The notes below the pieces were generated by a model. That model had not been told where the DNA came from. It did no database searches and saw only the letters and a program-made list of their open reading frames with translations. A DNA stretch of 64,000 bases from Streptosporangiales bacterium (GTDB taxonomy: Bacteria > Actinomycetota > Actinomycetes > Streptosporangiales > Streptosporangiaceae). Made by a program: the position numbers and the translations under genes. The stretch spans positions 1 to 64,000 of the forward strand of contig WHSL01000003.1 in the NCBI GenBank assembly GCA_009380095.1, given 5' to 3'. Shown here in pieces: positions 1-8,279 of the stretch (its first letter is position 1; every line of letters starts with the position of its first letter).

Positions 1-290
1 GTCCACGTGGACTTCCAGGTGCGACGGTCCGCGCTGAGCTTGCCGGCCACCGCGTCCCCGTCGGCGTCCGCCGCCTTGACCTGCTGCAGGGTGCCGTCCT
101 TGACGGAGACGGTGATGCCCTTGTCGGGACGGACCTCCTTCCTGCCGTCGGCCGGGGTGATCGTCACCTGGGCCGCCTTCGCCTTGGCGCCCGCGGGAGT
201 GGCCTGCTTCGGCGACCCGCCGCTGCACCCGGCCGCCAGGAGCGCGGCGACGACGATGACGGCTATCCGTCCACTGACGACACGAAGCAC
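1..290 (-). CDS. Partial lipoprotein (runs off window start); N-terminal signal peptide with lipobox LLAAGCSG, then an Ig-like region (VTITPADG...), possibly the N-terminus of an L,D-transpeptidase-like protein
   Basis: Reverse-strand reading from GTG at 288-290 gives MLRVVSGRIAVIVVAALLAAGCSGG...VTITPADGRKEVRPDKGITVSV...; open to the window edge; not in the ORF track because it is incomplete. Confidence 0.35.
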   Translation of the reverse strand, partial: MLRVVSGRIAVIVVAALLAAGCSGGSPKQATPAGAKAKAAQVTITPADGRKEVRPDKGITVSVKDGTLQQVKAADADGDAVAGKLSADRRTWKSTW

Positions 291-455
291 GGCAGATCCC
301 CCATCCGTTCCGTTTCGTGAGGGCTTGAAGGTCTCAAGGATATGCCTGAGCGCCGACGAAATCGCCCGCCGGAACGGGCCTGTGGACGGCCGGCGGCGAT
401 GGCGACCGCCGTCCACAGGCCCGCGGACCTCGTTGTCCACAGGCTCGGGATGGGA

Positions 456-1103
456 CTACCCCGCGAGCATGCGTTCCATCGTGGCGATCTCCGCGGATTG
501 GCTCTTCACGATCACCTTCGCCAGCGCGACGGCCGGGCCGTACCTGCCGTCCCGGATCTCCTTCTCCGCCATGGTGACCGCGCCGCGGTGGTGCTCGATC
601 ATCTGCTCGAGGAAGAGGCGGTCGAAGGCGGCGCCCTCGGCGGCGCGCAGCCTCCGCATGTCCTCCTCGGACATCATCCCGCCCGCGCCGTCCATGTCGC
701 CGTGGCCGGACCCGCCGTGCCCGGCGTGCCCACCGTCCGAGGAGCCGCCGGGTACCGGCTTTCCCCAGGCGGTCAGCCATCCGGACATGGTGGCGATCTC
801 CGGGTCCTGAGTCCGTTCGATCGCCGCGGCAAGCCGCTTGACCTCGGGGTCGCTCGCCTGCTCTCCGGCCAGCGCGGACATCTCCAGCGCCTGCCGGTGA
901 TGCGGGATCATCCCCTGCGCGAACATCACGTCCGCCTGGGCGAACGTCTGCGCGCGCCCGCTCGGCGTCGCGGCCGGGCTCGCCGCGCCGCTGGAGTGGT
1001 GCCCTACCGGCGTACCGGCGTCGGTCTCGCCGCCGGAGCAGCCCGCGATGGCCAGCGCTCCCGCGAGCGCGAGGGCGGGCGGCAGCAGCTTGATCGTCTT
1101 CAT
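456..1103 (-). CDS. DUF305 family lipoprotein (copper-resistance associated)
   Basis: Lipobox LAIAGCSGG; two DUF305 His motifs (MIPHHRQALEM, MIEHHRGAVTMAEKE); ATG at 1101-1103 verified. Confidence 0.8.
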   Translation of the reverse strand: MKTIKLLPPALALAGALAIAGCSGGETDAGTPVGHHSSGAASPAATPSGRAQTFAQADVMFAQGMIPHHRQALEMSALAGEQASDPEVKRLAAAIERTQDPEIATMSGWLTAWGKPVPGGSSDGGHAGHGGSGHGDMDGAGGMMSEEDMRRLRAAEGAAFDRLFLEQMIEHHRGAVTMAEKEIRDGRYGPAVALAKVIVKSQSAEIATMERMLAG

Positions 1104-1183
1104 GGTGGTGTGTCGGCCTTCCGTACGTAGGTGCAGGTCCCGGGAGACGCACCGGCCCAGGGCGGGCCGGCGCGCCCGGGCAT

Positions 1184-1591
1184 CTACACCCGCTGCACGC
1201 AGAGCCTGATGAAGACCGGAGGCGGTGCCCTCGGGGTGCGGCGCACCGTTCGTACGGATCCACAGGTCAGGGCGGCGATGGCGGGCCGCGTACGGCCGAG
1301 CATCGCGGCGGCGCCGAACACCAGCCCGGCGAGCAGCAGCATCGCAAGGCAGATCATGCCGCCCGGGTGGTCGCCGTGCGGGAAGCCCTGATGGTCACCC
1401 GAAAGATGCGCGGCGAGGGCCACGGACGGCGTGGCGTCGTGGCCGACGGGCTCGGCGACGGCCGCGTGCACGGCAGCGGCCAGCGGCGACGGGCTCGGCG
1501 TGGCCTGCAGCCCGTGCATCGCGAAGAGCCCGGCGAGCAGCAGCAGATATCCCCCGAGGGGGAGACGGCGGCTACGGACCGGATTCATGAG
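1184..1591 (-). CDS. Small His-rich membrane protein that is commonly paired with DUF305 (DUF6153-like)
   Basis: Hydrophobic N-terminal segment (GGYLLLLAGLFAMHGL), His-rich middle (HQGFPHGDHPGG), second TM segment; start taken at the internal MNPV codon (1589-1591) rather than the ORF-track start. Confidence 0.5.
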   Translation of the reverse strand, partial: LMNPVRSRRLPLGGYLLLLAGLFAMHGLQATPSPSPLAAAVHAAVAEPVGHDATPSVALAAHLSGDHQGFPHGDHPGGMICLAMLLLAGLVFGAAAMLGRTRPAIAALTCGSVRTVRRTPRAPPPVFIRLCVQRV

Positions 1592-1755
1592 GTCACGATA
1601 GCCACCGGACGGCCACCGGAGCGCCACCGGCGCGGCCGCCGTCACGGCGTGGACAAGCGGCGGCAACACGGGCACGCACTACCGCGCGTAGCATTCGAAG
1701 TGATCTCCGGTCTCGGCCTCCCGCCGCCGCCCCCATCCTCGTCGAGGAGGTCCGA

Positions 1756-2847
1756 TTGCCCCCCTCCGGTTCCGGCTCACCCCAACCCGCACCCGCGCAC
1801 GTGCGTGTCGTGGTGGATGCCATGGGCGGGGACCACGCACCCCGCGCGGCGGTGGACGGGGCGGTGCAGGCCTCCCGCGAGCAGGGCGTACGGGTCGTCC
1901 TGGTCGGGCAGGTGTCGAAGGTGCGCCCGCTGCTCGAGGAGCATCGGGCCGTACGGGAGATCCCGCTGGTGCACGCCGACGACACGCTCGCTATGGACGC
2001 GGGTGCGCTGGCGAGCTGGCGCCGTCCGCGGTCCAGCGTGGCGGTGGCCTGCCAGCTGATCCGGAACGGCGAGGCGGTGGCGCTGGTCTCGGCGGGCTCC
2101 ACCGGCGCCGTCGTGGCCACCGCGTCCGTACGGCTGCGCCCGCAGCAGGGCGTGCTGCGCCCCGCGCTGGCGGCCGTACTGCCCACCCGCCCCACCCCGA
2201 CCGTGCTGCTCGACGCCGGCGCGAACGCGGACGTCAAGCCCGAGATGCTCGTCCAGTTCGCCCACCTCGGCACCGCGTACGCGCAGGTCGCGCTGGGCGT
2301 CGCGGCCCCCCGGGTGGCGCTGCTGAACATCGGCTCGGAGGCGGGGAAGGGCAACAAGCTGGCCCGTAAGACGCAGGAGCTGCTGAGCGCCGCCACGGCC
2401 GGGCCCATCCCGCTGCGCTACATCGGCAACGTGGAGGGGCACGACCTGCTCCGCGGGGCCGCCGATGTGGTGGTCACCGACGGCTTCACCGGCAACGTCG
2501 CGCTGAAGACGCTCGAGGGCGCGGTCCGCTTCACGGCCGCGGAGGTGCGCGGCGCGCTCGACGGCGGCGGCCCGTTCGCCAAGCTGGGCACCGCGCTGCG
2601 CCGGTCCAGCCTGCGTGACCTGCGCGAACGACTGGACGTCGAGGCCGTCGGCGGGGCCGCGCTGCTCGGCCTGAACGGCACCGTGGTGATCACGCACGGC
2701 GCGGCCACCGCGCGCGGCATCGCCACCGCCGCCGCTCTGGCCCGCGACCTCTCCCAGGGCCGGATCACCGACCGGGTCCGCGACCGCATCGCCGCGTACC
2801 GTACGCCCTCCTGGCTGCACCGGCGCGGACACGTCGAGGAGGGCTGA
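1756..2847 (+). CDS. plsX: Phosphate acyltransferase PlsX
   Basis: VVVDAMGGDHAP motif and PlsX-like sequence throughout; strong GAGGAGG RBS 5 nt upstream of the TTG at 1756 (alternative GTG at 1801). Confidence 0.85.
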   Translation: MPPSGSGSPQPAPAHVRVVVDAMGGDHAPRAAVDGAVQASREQGVRVVLVGQVSKVRPLLEEHRAVREIPLVHADDTLAMDAGALASWRRPRSSVAVACQLIRNGEAVALVSAGSTGAVVATASVRLRPQQGVLRPALAAVLPTRPTPTVLLDAGANADVKPEMLVQFAHLGTAYAQVALGVAAPRVALLNIGSEAGKGNKLARKTQELLSAATAGPIPLRYIGNVEGHDLLRGAADVVVTDGFTGNVALKTLEGAVRFTAAEVRGALDGGGPFAKLGTALRRSSLRDLRERLDVEAVGGAALLGLNGTVVITHGAATARGIATAAALARDLSQGRITDRVRDRIAAYRTPSWLHRRGHVEEG

Positions 2848-2899
2848 TCGCCGGGAAATCGCGGCGAATTCCGTCGGCGGGCGTCGGTAGGCTGCTCAC

Positions 2900-4636
2900 A
2901 TGCCCGATCCGCAACTCGTCCTCGCCGAACGTGTCGGTGACGCGCTCGTGGCCGCCTTCGGCCCCGAGTTCACCGGCACGGATCCGGTCATCCGCCCGTC
3001 GCAGTTCGCCGACTACCAGGCCAACGTGGCTCTGCCGCTGGCCAAGCGGCTGCGACGGCCGCCGAGGGATGTCGCGGCGGCGCTCGTCGAGCACCTGGAC
3101 GTGGCGGACGTGTGCGACGAGGTGGAGGTCAGCGGGCCGGGCTTCGTGAACTTCCGGCTCTCCGAGGGCTGGATCGCCGGCCAGGCCCAGGGCCTGCTCG
3201 GCGACGACCGGCTCGGCGTGCCGGTGGCGGCGAAGCCGCAGGTCATCCCGGTGGACTACTCCGCGCCCAACATCGCCAAGGAGATGCACGTCGGGCACCT
3301 GCGCACCACGGTCGTCGGCGACGCGCTCGCGCGCACGCTGGAGTTCCGTGGGCACCAGGTGATCCGGCAGAACCACATCGGCGACTGGGGCACGATGTTC
3401 GGCATGCTCATCGAGCATCTGCTCGACGTGGGCGAGGAGTCCGCCGAGGCGGGCCTGCTGAAGTCCGACCCTAACGCGTTCTACCAGGCCGCGCGCAACC
3501 GGTTCGCGTCCGACGAGGAGTTCGCCGAGCGGTCCCGGCGCCGGGTCGTCGCGCTGCAGAGCGGCGACGAGGCCACGCTCGAGCTGTGGCAGGAGCTCGT
3601 CGACCTCTCCAAGGTCTACTTCAACAAGGTCTACGCCAAGCTCGGCGTCACGCTCACCGACGCCGACCTGGCCGGCGAGAGCATGTACAACAAGTGGCTC
3701 TCCGAGGTCTGCGACGAGCTCGAGGCCAAGGGCATCGCGGTGATGAGCGAGGGCGCGCTCTGCGTGTTCCTCGACGGCTTCACCGGCCGCGAGGGCAAGC
3801 CGGTGCCGCTGATCATCCGCAAGAGCGACGGCGGGTACGGCTACGCCACCACCGACCTCGCCGCGATCCGGTATCGGGTGCGCGATCTGCACGCCGACCG
3901 GATCGTGTACGTGATCGGCACGCCCCAGGCACTGCACCTGAAGATGGTGTACGAGACGGCCCACAAGGCCGGCTGGCTGCCCGACGACGTGCGGCCCGTG
4001 CACGTCAACATCGGCAACGTGCTCGGCACCGACGGGAAGATCCTGCGCACCCGGGCCGGGTCCTCCATCCGGCTGATGGAGCTGCTCGACGAGGCCGTCG
4101 CCCGCGCCCGCGAGGTCGTCGCCGAGACCCGCCCCGACCTGGACGAGGGCACCCGTGCCAAGATCGCCGAAGACGTCGGGATCGGCGCGATCAAGTACGC
4201 CGACCTGTCCACCGCACACGACAGTGAGTACACGTTCAGCTTCGACCGGATGCTCGCGCTGAACGGCAACACCGGGCCGTACCTGCAGTATGCGGCGGCG
4301 CGGATCAGGTCCATCTTCCGCAAGGGCGGGGGTGCACCCTCCGAGGCGACCGAGCCGATCGTGCTCGGCGAGCCGGCCGAGCGGGCGCTCGCGCTCACCC
4401 TGCTCGGCTTCGGCGACGCCGTACGGCAGGTCGACGAGCTGCTCGAACCGCACCGCCTCTGCGCCTACCTGTACGAGCTGGCCTCGGCGTTCACCACCTT
4501 CTACGAGTCCTGCCCGGTGCTGAAGGCCCCCGACGACGCCACCCGCGACTCCCGCCTGGCGCTGTCCGCCCTCACCCTCGGCGTCCTCGTCCAAGGCCTC
4601 GCCCTCCTCGGCGTCCGCGCCCCAGAGGAGATGTAG
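2900..4636 (+). CDS. argS: Arginine--tRNA ligase
   Basis: Class I aaRS HIGH-type motif (HVGHLRTTVVGDAL), DALR anticodon-binding C-terminus; 578 aa, typical for ArgS. Confidence 0.9.
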   Translation: MPDPQLVLAERVGDALVAAFGPEFTGTDPVIRPSQFADYQANVALPLAKRLRRPPRDVAAALVEHLDVADVCDEVEVSGPGFVNFRLSEGWIAGQAQGLLGDDRLGVPVAAKPQVIPVDYSAPNIAKEMHVGHLRTTVVGDALARTLEFRGHQVIRQNHIGDWGTMFGMLIEHLLDVGEESAEAGLLKSDPNAFYQAARNRFASDEEFAERSRRRVVALQSGDEATLELWQELVDLSKVYFNKVYAKLGVTLTDADLAGESMYNKWLSEVCDELEAKGIAVMSEGALCVFLDGFTGREGKPVPLIIRKSDGGYGYATTDLAAIRYRVRDLHADRIVYVIGTPQALHLKMVYETAHKAGWLPDDVRPVHVNIGNVLGTDGKILRTRAGSSIRLMELLDEAVARAREVVAETRPDLDEGTRAKIAEDVGIGAIKYADLSTAHDSEYTFSFDRMLALNGNTGPYLQYAAARIRSIFRKGGGAPSEATEPIVLGEPAERALALTLLGFGDAVRQVDELLEPHRLCAYLYELASAFTTFYESCPVLKAPDDATRDSRLALSALTLGVLVQGLALLGVRAPEEM

Positions 4637-4663
4637 CGGCGGGGGCGGCCCAACGACTGGGGG

Positions 4664-5548
4664 TCAGGTGCCGCGTTCGGATCGGACGGCTTCGCGGACG
4701 GCGGGGGCGATCTCTTCGGCGAAGCGGTGGAGGGGTTCGCCGGGGTCGCCGGCGAAGATGAAGGTGTCCATGCCGTGGCCTACGGCCAGGTCGGTCAGCT
4801 CGTCCACCCACTGTTGGACGGGGCCCTCTAGGAAGCCCTTGCTGGGGCCGTCGGTGATCACGCCCATCAGGTTGTAGCAGCGGCGGATCTCCTGCGGCGT
4901 ACGGCCGGCGACGACCGCGGACTCGTCGATGCGGGTGTTCAGCTCGGGCAGCCGGTCCGGGGTCACGTACGAGGAAGAGGGCAGCCAGCCGTCGGCGAGC
5001 CGTCCGGTCAGCGCGAGTGACTTGGGGCCGGTGACGCCGAGCCAGATCTCGATCGGGTGCACCGGCACGGGCCCGGACTGGGCGCCGCGCAGCCGGTAGT
5101 CCACGCCGTCGAAGCGCAGGCCGCGTTCGCCGCTCCACACCTTGTGGATGACCTCGATCGCCTCGCCCAGCGCGGCGCGCGCCTCGCCGGGGGTGCGGCG
5201 CGGGCCGCCGTACGCCTCGATCGCGTCCCAGAACGCGCCGCCGCCCAGGCCCAGCTCGCACCGCCCGCCGCTGAGCACGTCCAGGCTGGCGGCGGCCTTG
5301 GCGAGCACCGCCGGCGGCCGCAGGGGCAGGCACGTCACGTCGGGGAAGACCCGCAGCCGCGACGTCCGCGCGGCGATCATGGCGAGCAGCGTCCACGTGT
5401 CGACATAGCGCCGCTGGTACGGATGGTCCTGGACCCCGATCAGGTCCAGCCCGAGCCGCTCCACCTCGGCCGCGATGTCCAGCAACGGCTCGTCCGCGTT
5501 GGGCACCAGGAAGTACCCGAACTCCAAGGGCCGTCCATAGTCAGGCAT
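4664..5548 (-). CDS. LLM-class (luciferase-like) F420/flavin-dependent oxidoreductase
   Basis: Luciferase-like monooxygenase fold signatures (GYFLVP...LGLDLIGVQDH...); start taken at ATG 5546-5548 (MPDYGRP) preceded by GGGGAG RBS; ORF-track GTG at 5566 is the alternative. Confidence 0.75.
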   Translation of the reverse strand: MPDYGRPLEFGYFLVPNADEPLLDIAAEVERLGLDLIGVQDHPYQRRYVDTWTLLAMIAARTSRLRVFPDVTCLPLRPPAVLAKAAASLDVLSGGRCELGLGGGAFWDAIEAYGGPRRTPGEARAALGEAIEVIHKVWSGERGLRFDGVDYRLRGAQSGPVPVHPIEIWLGVTGPKSLALTGRLADGWLPSSSYVTPDRLPELNTRIDESAVVAGRTPQEIRRCYNLMGVITDGPSKGFLEGPVQQWVDELTDLAVGHGMDTFIFAGDPGEPLHRFAEEIAPAVREAVRSERGT

Positions 5549-5621
5549 CAACGCTCCCCATCCCACCGATGCGGAGACTCATACCCACGATCCACGGGCC
5601 TCCCACGACGGGCTCGCGTGC

Positions 5622-6305
5622 TCAGGCCATCAGGCTCTGAGCCGCGTACCAGTCTCTGAAATCGCTGCCCGAACACGGAAACCGAGCACCCGTGGCACGC
5701 AACGCGTCGAGCATGCCACCGGCACCCGGCCATGACAGCCGCCCCGCGTCGCACGCCTCTCCCAAGAGCCCAAGCGTGCCGGTGACCGCGATCCCCTCGC
5801 GTCGGCCGATGTTGCGCGCCTTGCGATCGTCGACCACGGCCATGCCGGATCGCAGCTCGCACAGCGTGAAGATCGTCGCCTCGCCCATGTGATGGCTGCC
5901 GGCACTGAGCAGGTCGCTCCATCGACGGAACGAACGCAACGCTTCGAGAGAATCGAGTGTGGCGACTCCCAGCCATTCGGCGGCCAGGATCAGAGCCCTC
6001 GCCTCCTGACCTCGCGGAAGTGATGACATCTCGTCCATGACGACCTGCGTCGTGAGGCAGGAGCGCCCAGATACCAGATCACCGAGTACGTCGAGACGGT
6101 CGGCGAGTGCGCGGTGATAGAGCGGTGAGTGTCGAAGACCATCGGGCGGGGCTCGGTAACGGTCATTGGTGACCGACCTCGGGGGTGGTCTCGCCCAGGT
6201 CCTCCAGGGTGAGCTCGCCATGCATGAGCTCAACGGCGCGTACGGGAGTGATGCGTTCAGCGCGAACGGCGGCCACGACCGCCTGTGCATATCCCGGAGG
6301 AACAC
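5622..6305 (-). CDS. PIN-like domain protein (DUF4411/DUF3368-type), putative toxin partner of the upstream XRE/ImmA gene
   Basis: PIN-like beta1 motif VVMDEMSSL followed by acidic-residue pattern; directly downstream and co-oriented with the XRE-ImmA gene; true start uncertain (between 6038 and 6305); region has lower GC than its flanks. Confidence 0.5.
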   Translation of the reverse strand: MFLRDMHRRSWPPFALNASLPYAPLSSCMASSPWRTWARPPPRSVTNDRYRAPPDGLRHSPLYHRALADRLDVLGDLVSGRSCLTTQVVMDEMSSLPRGQEARALILAAEWLGVATLDSLEALRSFRRWSDLLSAGSHHMGEATIFTLCELRSGMAVVDDRKARNIGRREGIAVTGTLGLLGEACDAGRLSWPGAGGMLDALRATGARFPCSGSDFRDWYAAQSLMA

Positions 6306-7317
6306 GGACGGACTCCAGATCCGGCTGTGGTGTCCAGCCGATCGCCGCCATGAAGTCGGCTCGCGTGGGGACCGCGGCCGCCAGCTTCTCCCGTTGCCGC
6401 TGGTCGATCACCTCTCCCCGGCACGCCTGCCGAAGCGCGAGAGACCATGATGTCCGGAACGTCGCCGAGAGCGCGATCAGCCTTGCCCGCAACTCGGCAT
6501 CCCCCAGACGCTCGCACACCTTAACCACGACGTGACGCGGGAGCAGAAGCTCGGCGGCGAAGGCGTCCACCATGCCTTCCCTCTCCGCGCGGGAGGCGTT
6601 GACGGCCACGTCGTTGGAGTACTCATCGCCGAGGATAAGATGGCCGAGCTCATGCGCGGCCGTCGCGCGCCGACGGCCCGCCTCCCCGCGCAATCCGACG
6701 ATTGCGACGGCCACGTCGCCGTCGATCACCGAGGCGCCGTCACCGGGAATGTCTCGGACCAGGACGTACTGACCGGCTCGCTCGGCGAACCCACTCATGG
6801 ACGCGATCGGATCGCGACCCGCGCCGAGCTGGTCACGCAGCCACAGCGCGGCGGTTGCAGCGGCGTCGATCGTGTCCACGCGGCCCGGGTACGCCAACTG
6901 TCGCGCCGGTGTCAGAGCGCCAATCTCGACGAGCAGTTGGACCTCACGGCACCATTCGCCGAGCAGTGCCTCAATTCGGTACGCGTCCGACGTCGACTGG
7001 GGCTCCATCTCATCCGCGGGGACCGTACGCAGCTCCGCTCTCCGTGAGAGCACTGTGAGCGGCCTGGATAGGAAGTGGCCGAGTGGCAGGTCCAGCACGG
7101 TCGCGAGCCGATGGAGCTCGAGGACGTCGACACGCCGGTCACCGCTCTCGACCTTGGTGAGCATGCTGCGTTCCATGCCGATGAGCTCGGCGAGCCGCTG
7201 CTGGGAGAGGCGGGCGGCCAAACGCGCCTCACGGATGTGGGCACCGATCTCGCCCCAGCTCTCTACGAACTCCATGGTGCGATAGTCGCACAACTGCGCA
7301 CCAGACTGGTACCGCAT
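6163..7317 (-). CDS. XRE-family HTH regulator fused to an ImmA/IrrE (COG2856) zinc metallopeptidase domain
   Basis: HTH (RLSQQRLAELIGMERSMLTKVESGDRRVDVLELHRLATVL) and HEXXH (AAHELGHLILGDEY); the ORF-track version has an Arg-rich N-terminal extension with no coding character; start placed at MRYQS (7315-7317). Confidence 0.7.
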   Translation of the reverse strand: MRYQSGAQLCDYRTMEFVESWGEIGAHIREARLAARLSQQRLAELIGMERSMLTKVESGDRRVDVLELHRLATVLDLPLGHFLSRPLTVLSRRAELRTVPADEMEPQSTSDAYRIEALLGEWCREVQLLVEIGALTPARQLAYPGRVDTIDAAATAALWLRDQLGAGRDPIASMSGFAERAGQYVLVRDIPGDGASVIDGDVAVAIVGLRGEAGRRRATAAHELGHLILGDEYSNDVAVNASRAEREGMVDAFAAELLLPRHVVVKVCERLGDAELRARLIALSATFRTSWSLALRQACRGEVIDQRQREKLAAAVPTRADFMAAIGWTPQPDLESVRVPPGYAQAVVAAVRAERITPVRAVELMHGELTLEDLGETTPEVGHQ

Positions 7318-7370
7318 CAAGTATTCGACCTCGTCCCGCGCGACACGCGCGCGACACGGCGGATTCGGCG

Positions 7371-8279
7371 TCAGGGGGCGGTTGGGTGCCAGACGGTTTT
7401 CAGTTCGGTGAAGTGGAGGAGGCGGGTGAGGCCGGGGTCGGCGGTCCAGGTGGTGGGGGATGGGCGGAGGACGCGTTTGAGGTTGTCGGCGGCGGCCTCC
7501 TCGCAGGTGGCGGCCAGGTCGTCGGGGACACCGGTGAGGTCGATGGCGTTGACGTCCATGTGGCTCGCCAGCCACGGGGCCAGTTCGGCGGCGCGGCCGG
7601 TGAGGAGGTTGACGACTCCGCCCGGGAGGTCGGAGGTGGCGAGCACCTCGGCCAGCGTGATCGCGGGCAGCGGGGCGTCCTCGGCGGCGACCACGACGGC
7701 CGTGTTGCCGGTGACGATCACCGGGGCGACCACGGAGACCAGGCCGAGCAGTGGCGCGTCCGGCGGCGCGAGGACGCCGACCACGCCGGTGGGCTGGTGC
7801 GAGGTGAGGTTGAGGTACGGCCCCGCGACCGGGTTGGCCGAGCCCACCACCTGGTCGAGCTTGTCCGCCCAGCCCGCGTACCAGACCCAGCGGTCGATGG
7901 CGGCGTCCACCTCGGCGGTGGCCTTGGCCCGCGGCGCCCCCAGAGCGGTCAGTTCCTCCACGAACTGCGCGCGGCGCCCCTCCAGCATCTCCGCGACGCG
8001 GTAGAGGATCTGCCCGCGGTTGTACGCGGTCCGGCCCGACCAGCCGCCGAACGCCTTACGCGCCGCGCCGACCGCGTCCCGTACGTCCTTGCGCGAGGCC
8101 AGCGCGGCGTTGGCGAGGAACGCACCCTTGGCGGAGTTCACCACGTATGTCCGCCCTGACTCCGAGCGCGGGAACGCGCCCCCGATGAACAGCTTGTACG
8201 TCTTCCGCACGGCGAGCCGCGACGCGGTGCCGGCCGCGCCGCCCGTGCCCGCCGTGCCCGTGGTCTCAGTGTGCGACAT
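7371..8279 (-). CDS. Aldehyde dehydrogenase family protein, N-terminal/NAD-binding half only (catalytic Cys domain missing; truncated paralog or pseudo-enzyme)
   Basis: Aligns to the ALDH N-terminal half (KLFIGG...WYAGWADKL...GNTAVVVAAEDAPL...GGVVNLLTG...) but stops after about 300 aa, before the catalytic Cys/Glu region; ATG at 8277-8279 verified. Confidence 0.6.
   Translation of the reverse strand: MSHTETTGTAGTGGAAGTASRLAVRKTYKLFIGGAFPRSESGRTYVVNSAKGAFLANAALASRKDVRDAVGAARKAFGGWSGRTAYNRGQILYRVAEMLEGRRAQFVEELTALGAPRAKATAEVDAAIDRWVWYAGWADKLDQVVGSANPVAGPYLNLTSHQPTGVVGVLAPPDAPLLGLVSVVAPVIVTGNTAVVVAAEDAPLPAITLAEVLATSDLPGGVVNLLTGRAAELAPWLASHMDVNAIDLTGVPDDLAATCEEAAADNLKRVLRPSPTTWTADPGLTRLLHFTELKTVWHPTAP

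Noticed and set aside
2765-4594. 609-aa minus-strand ORF spanning the argS region
   Set aside because: It is antisense to a confidently identified argS. The product is Arg/Gly/Ala-rich with no motifs, typical of a high-GC antisense frame.
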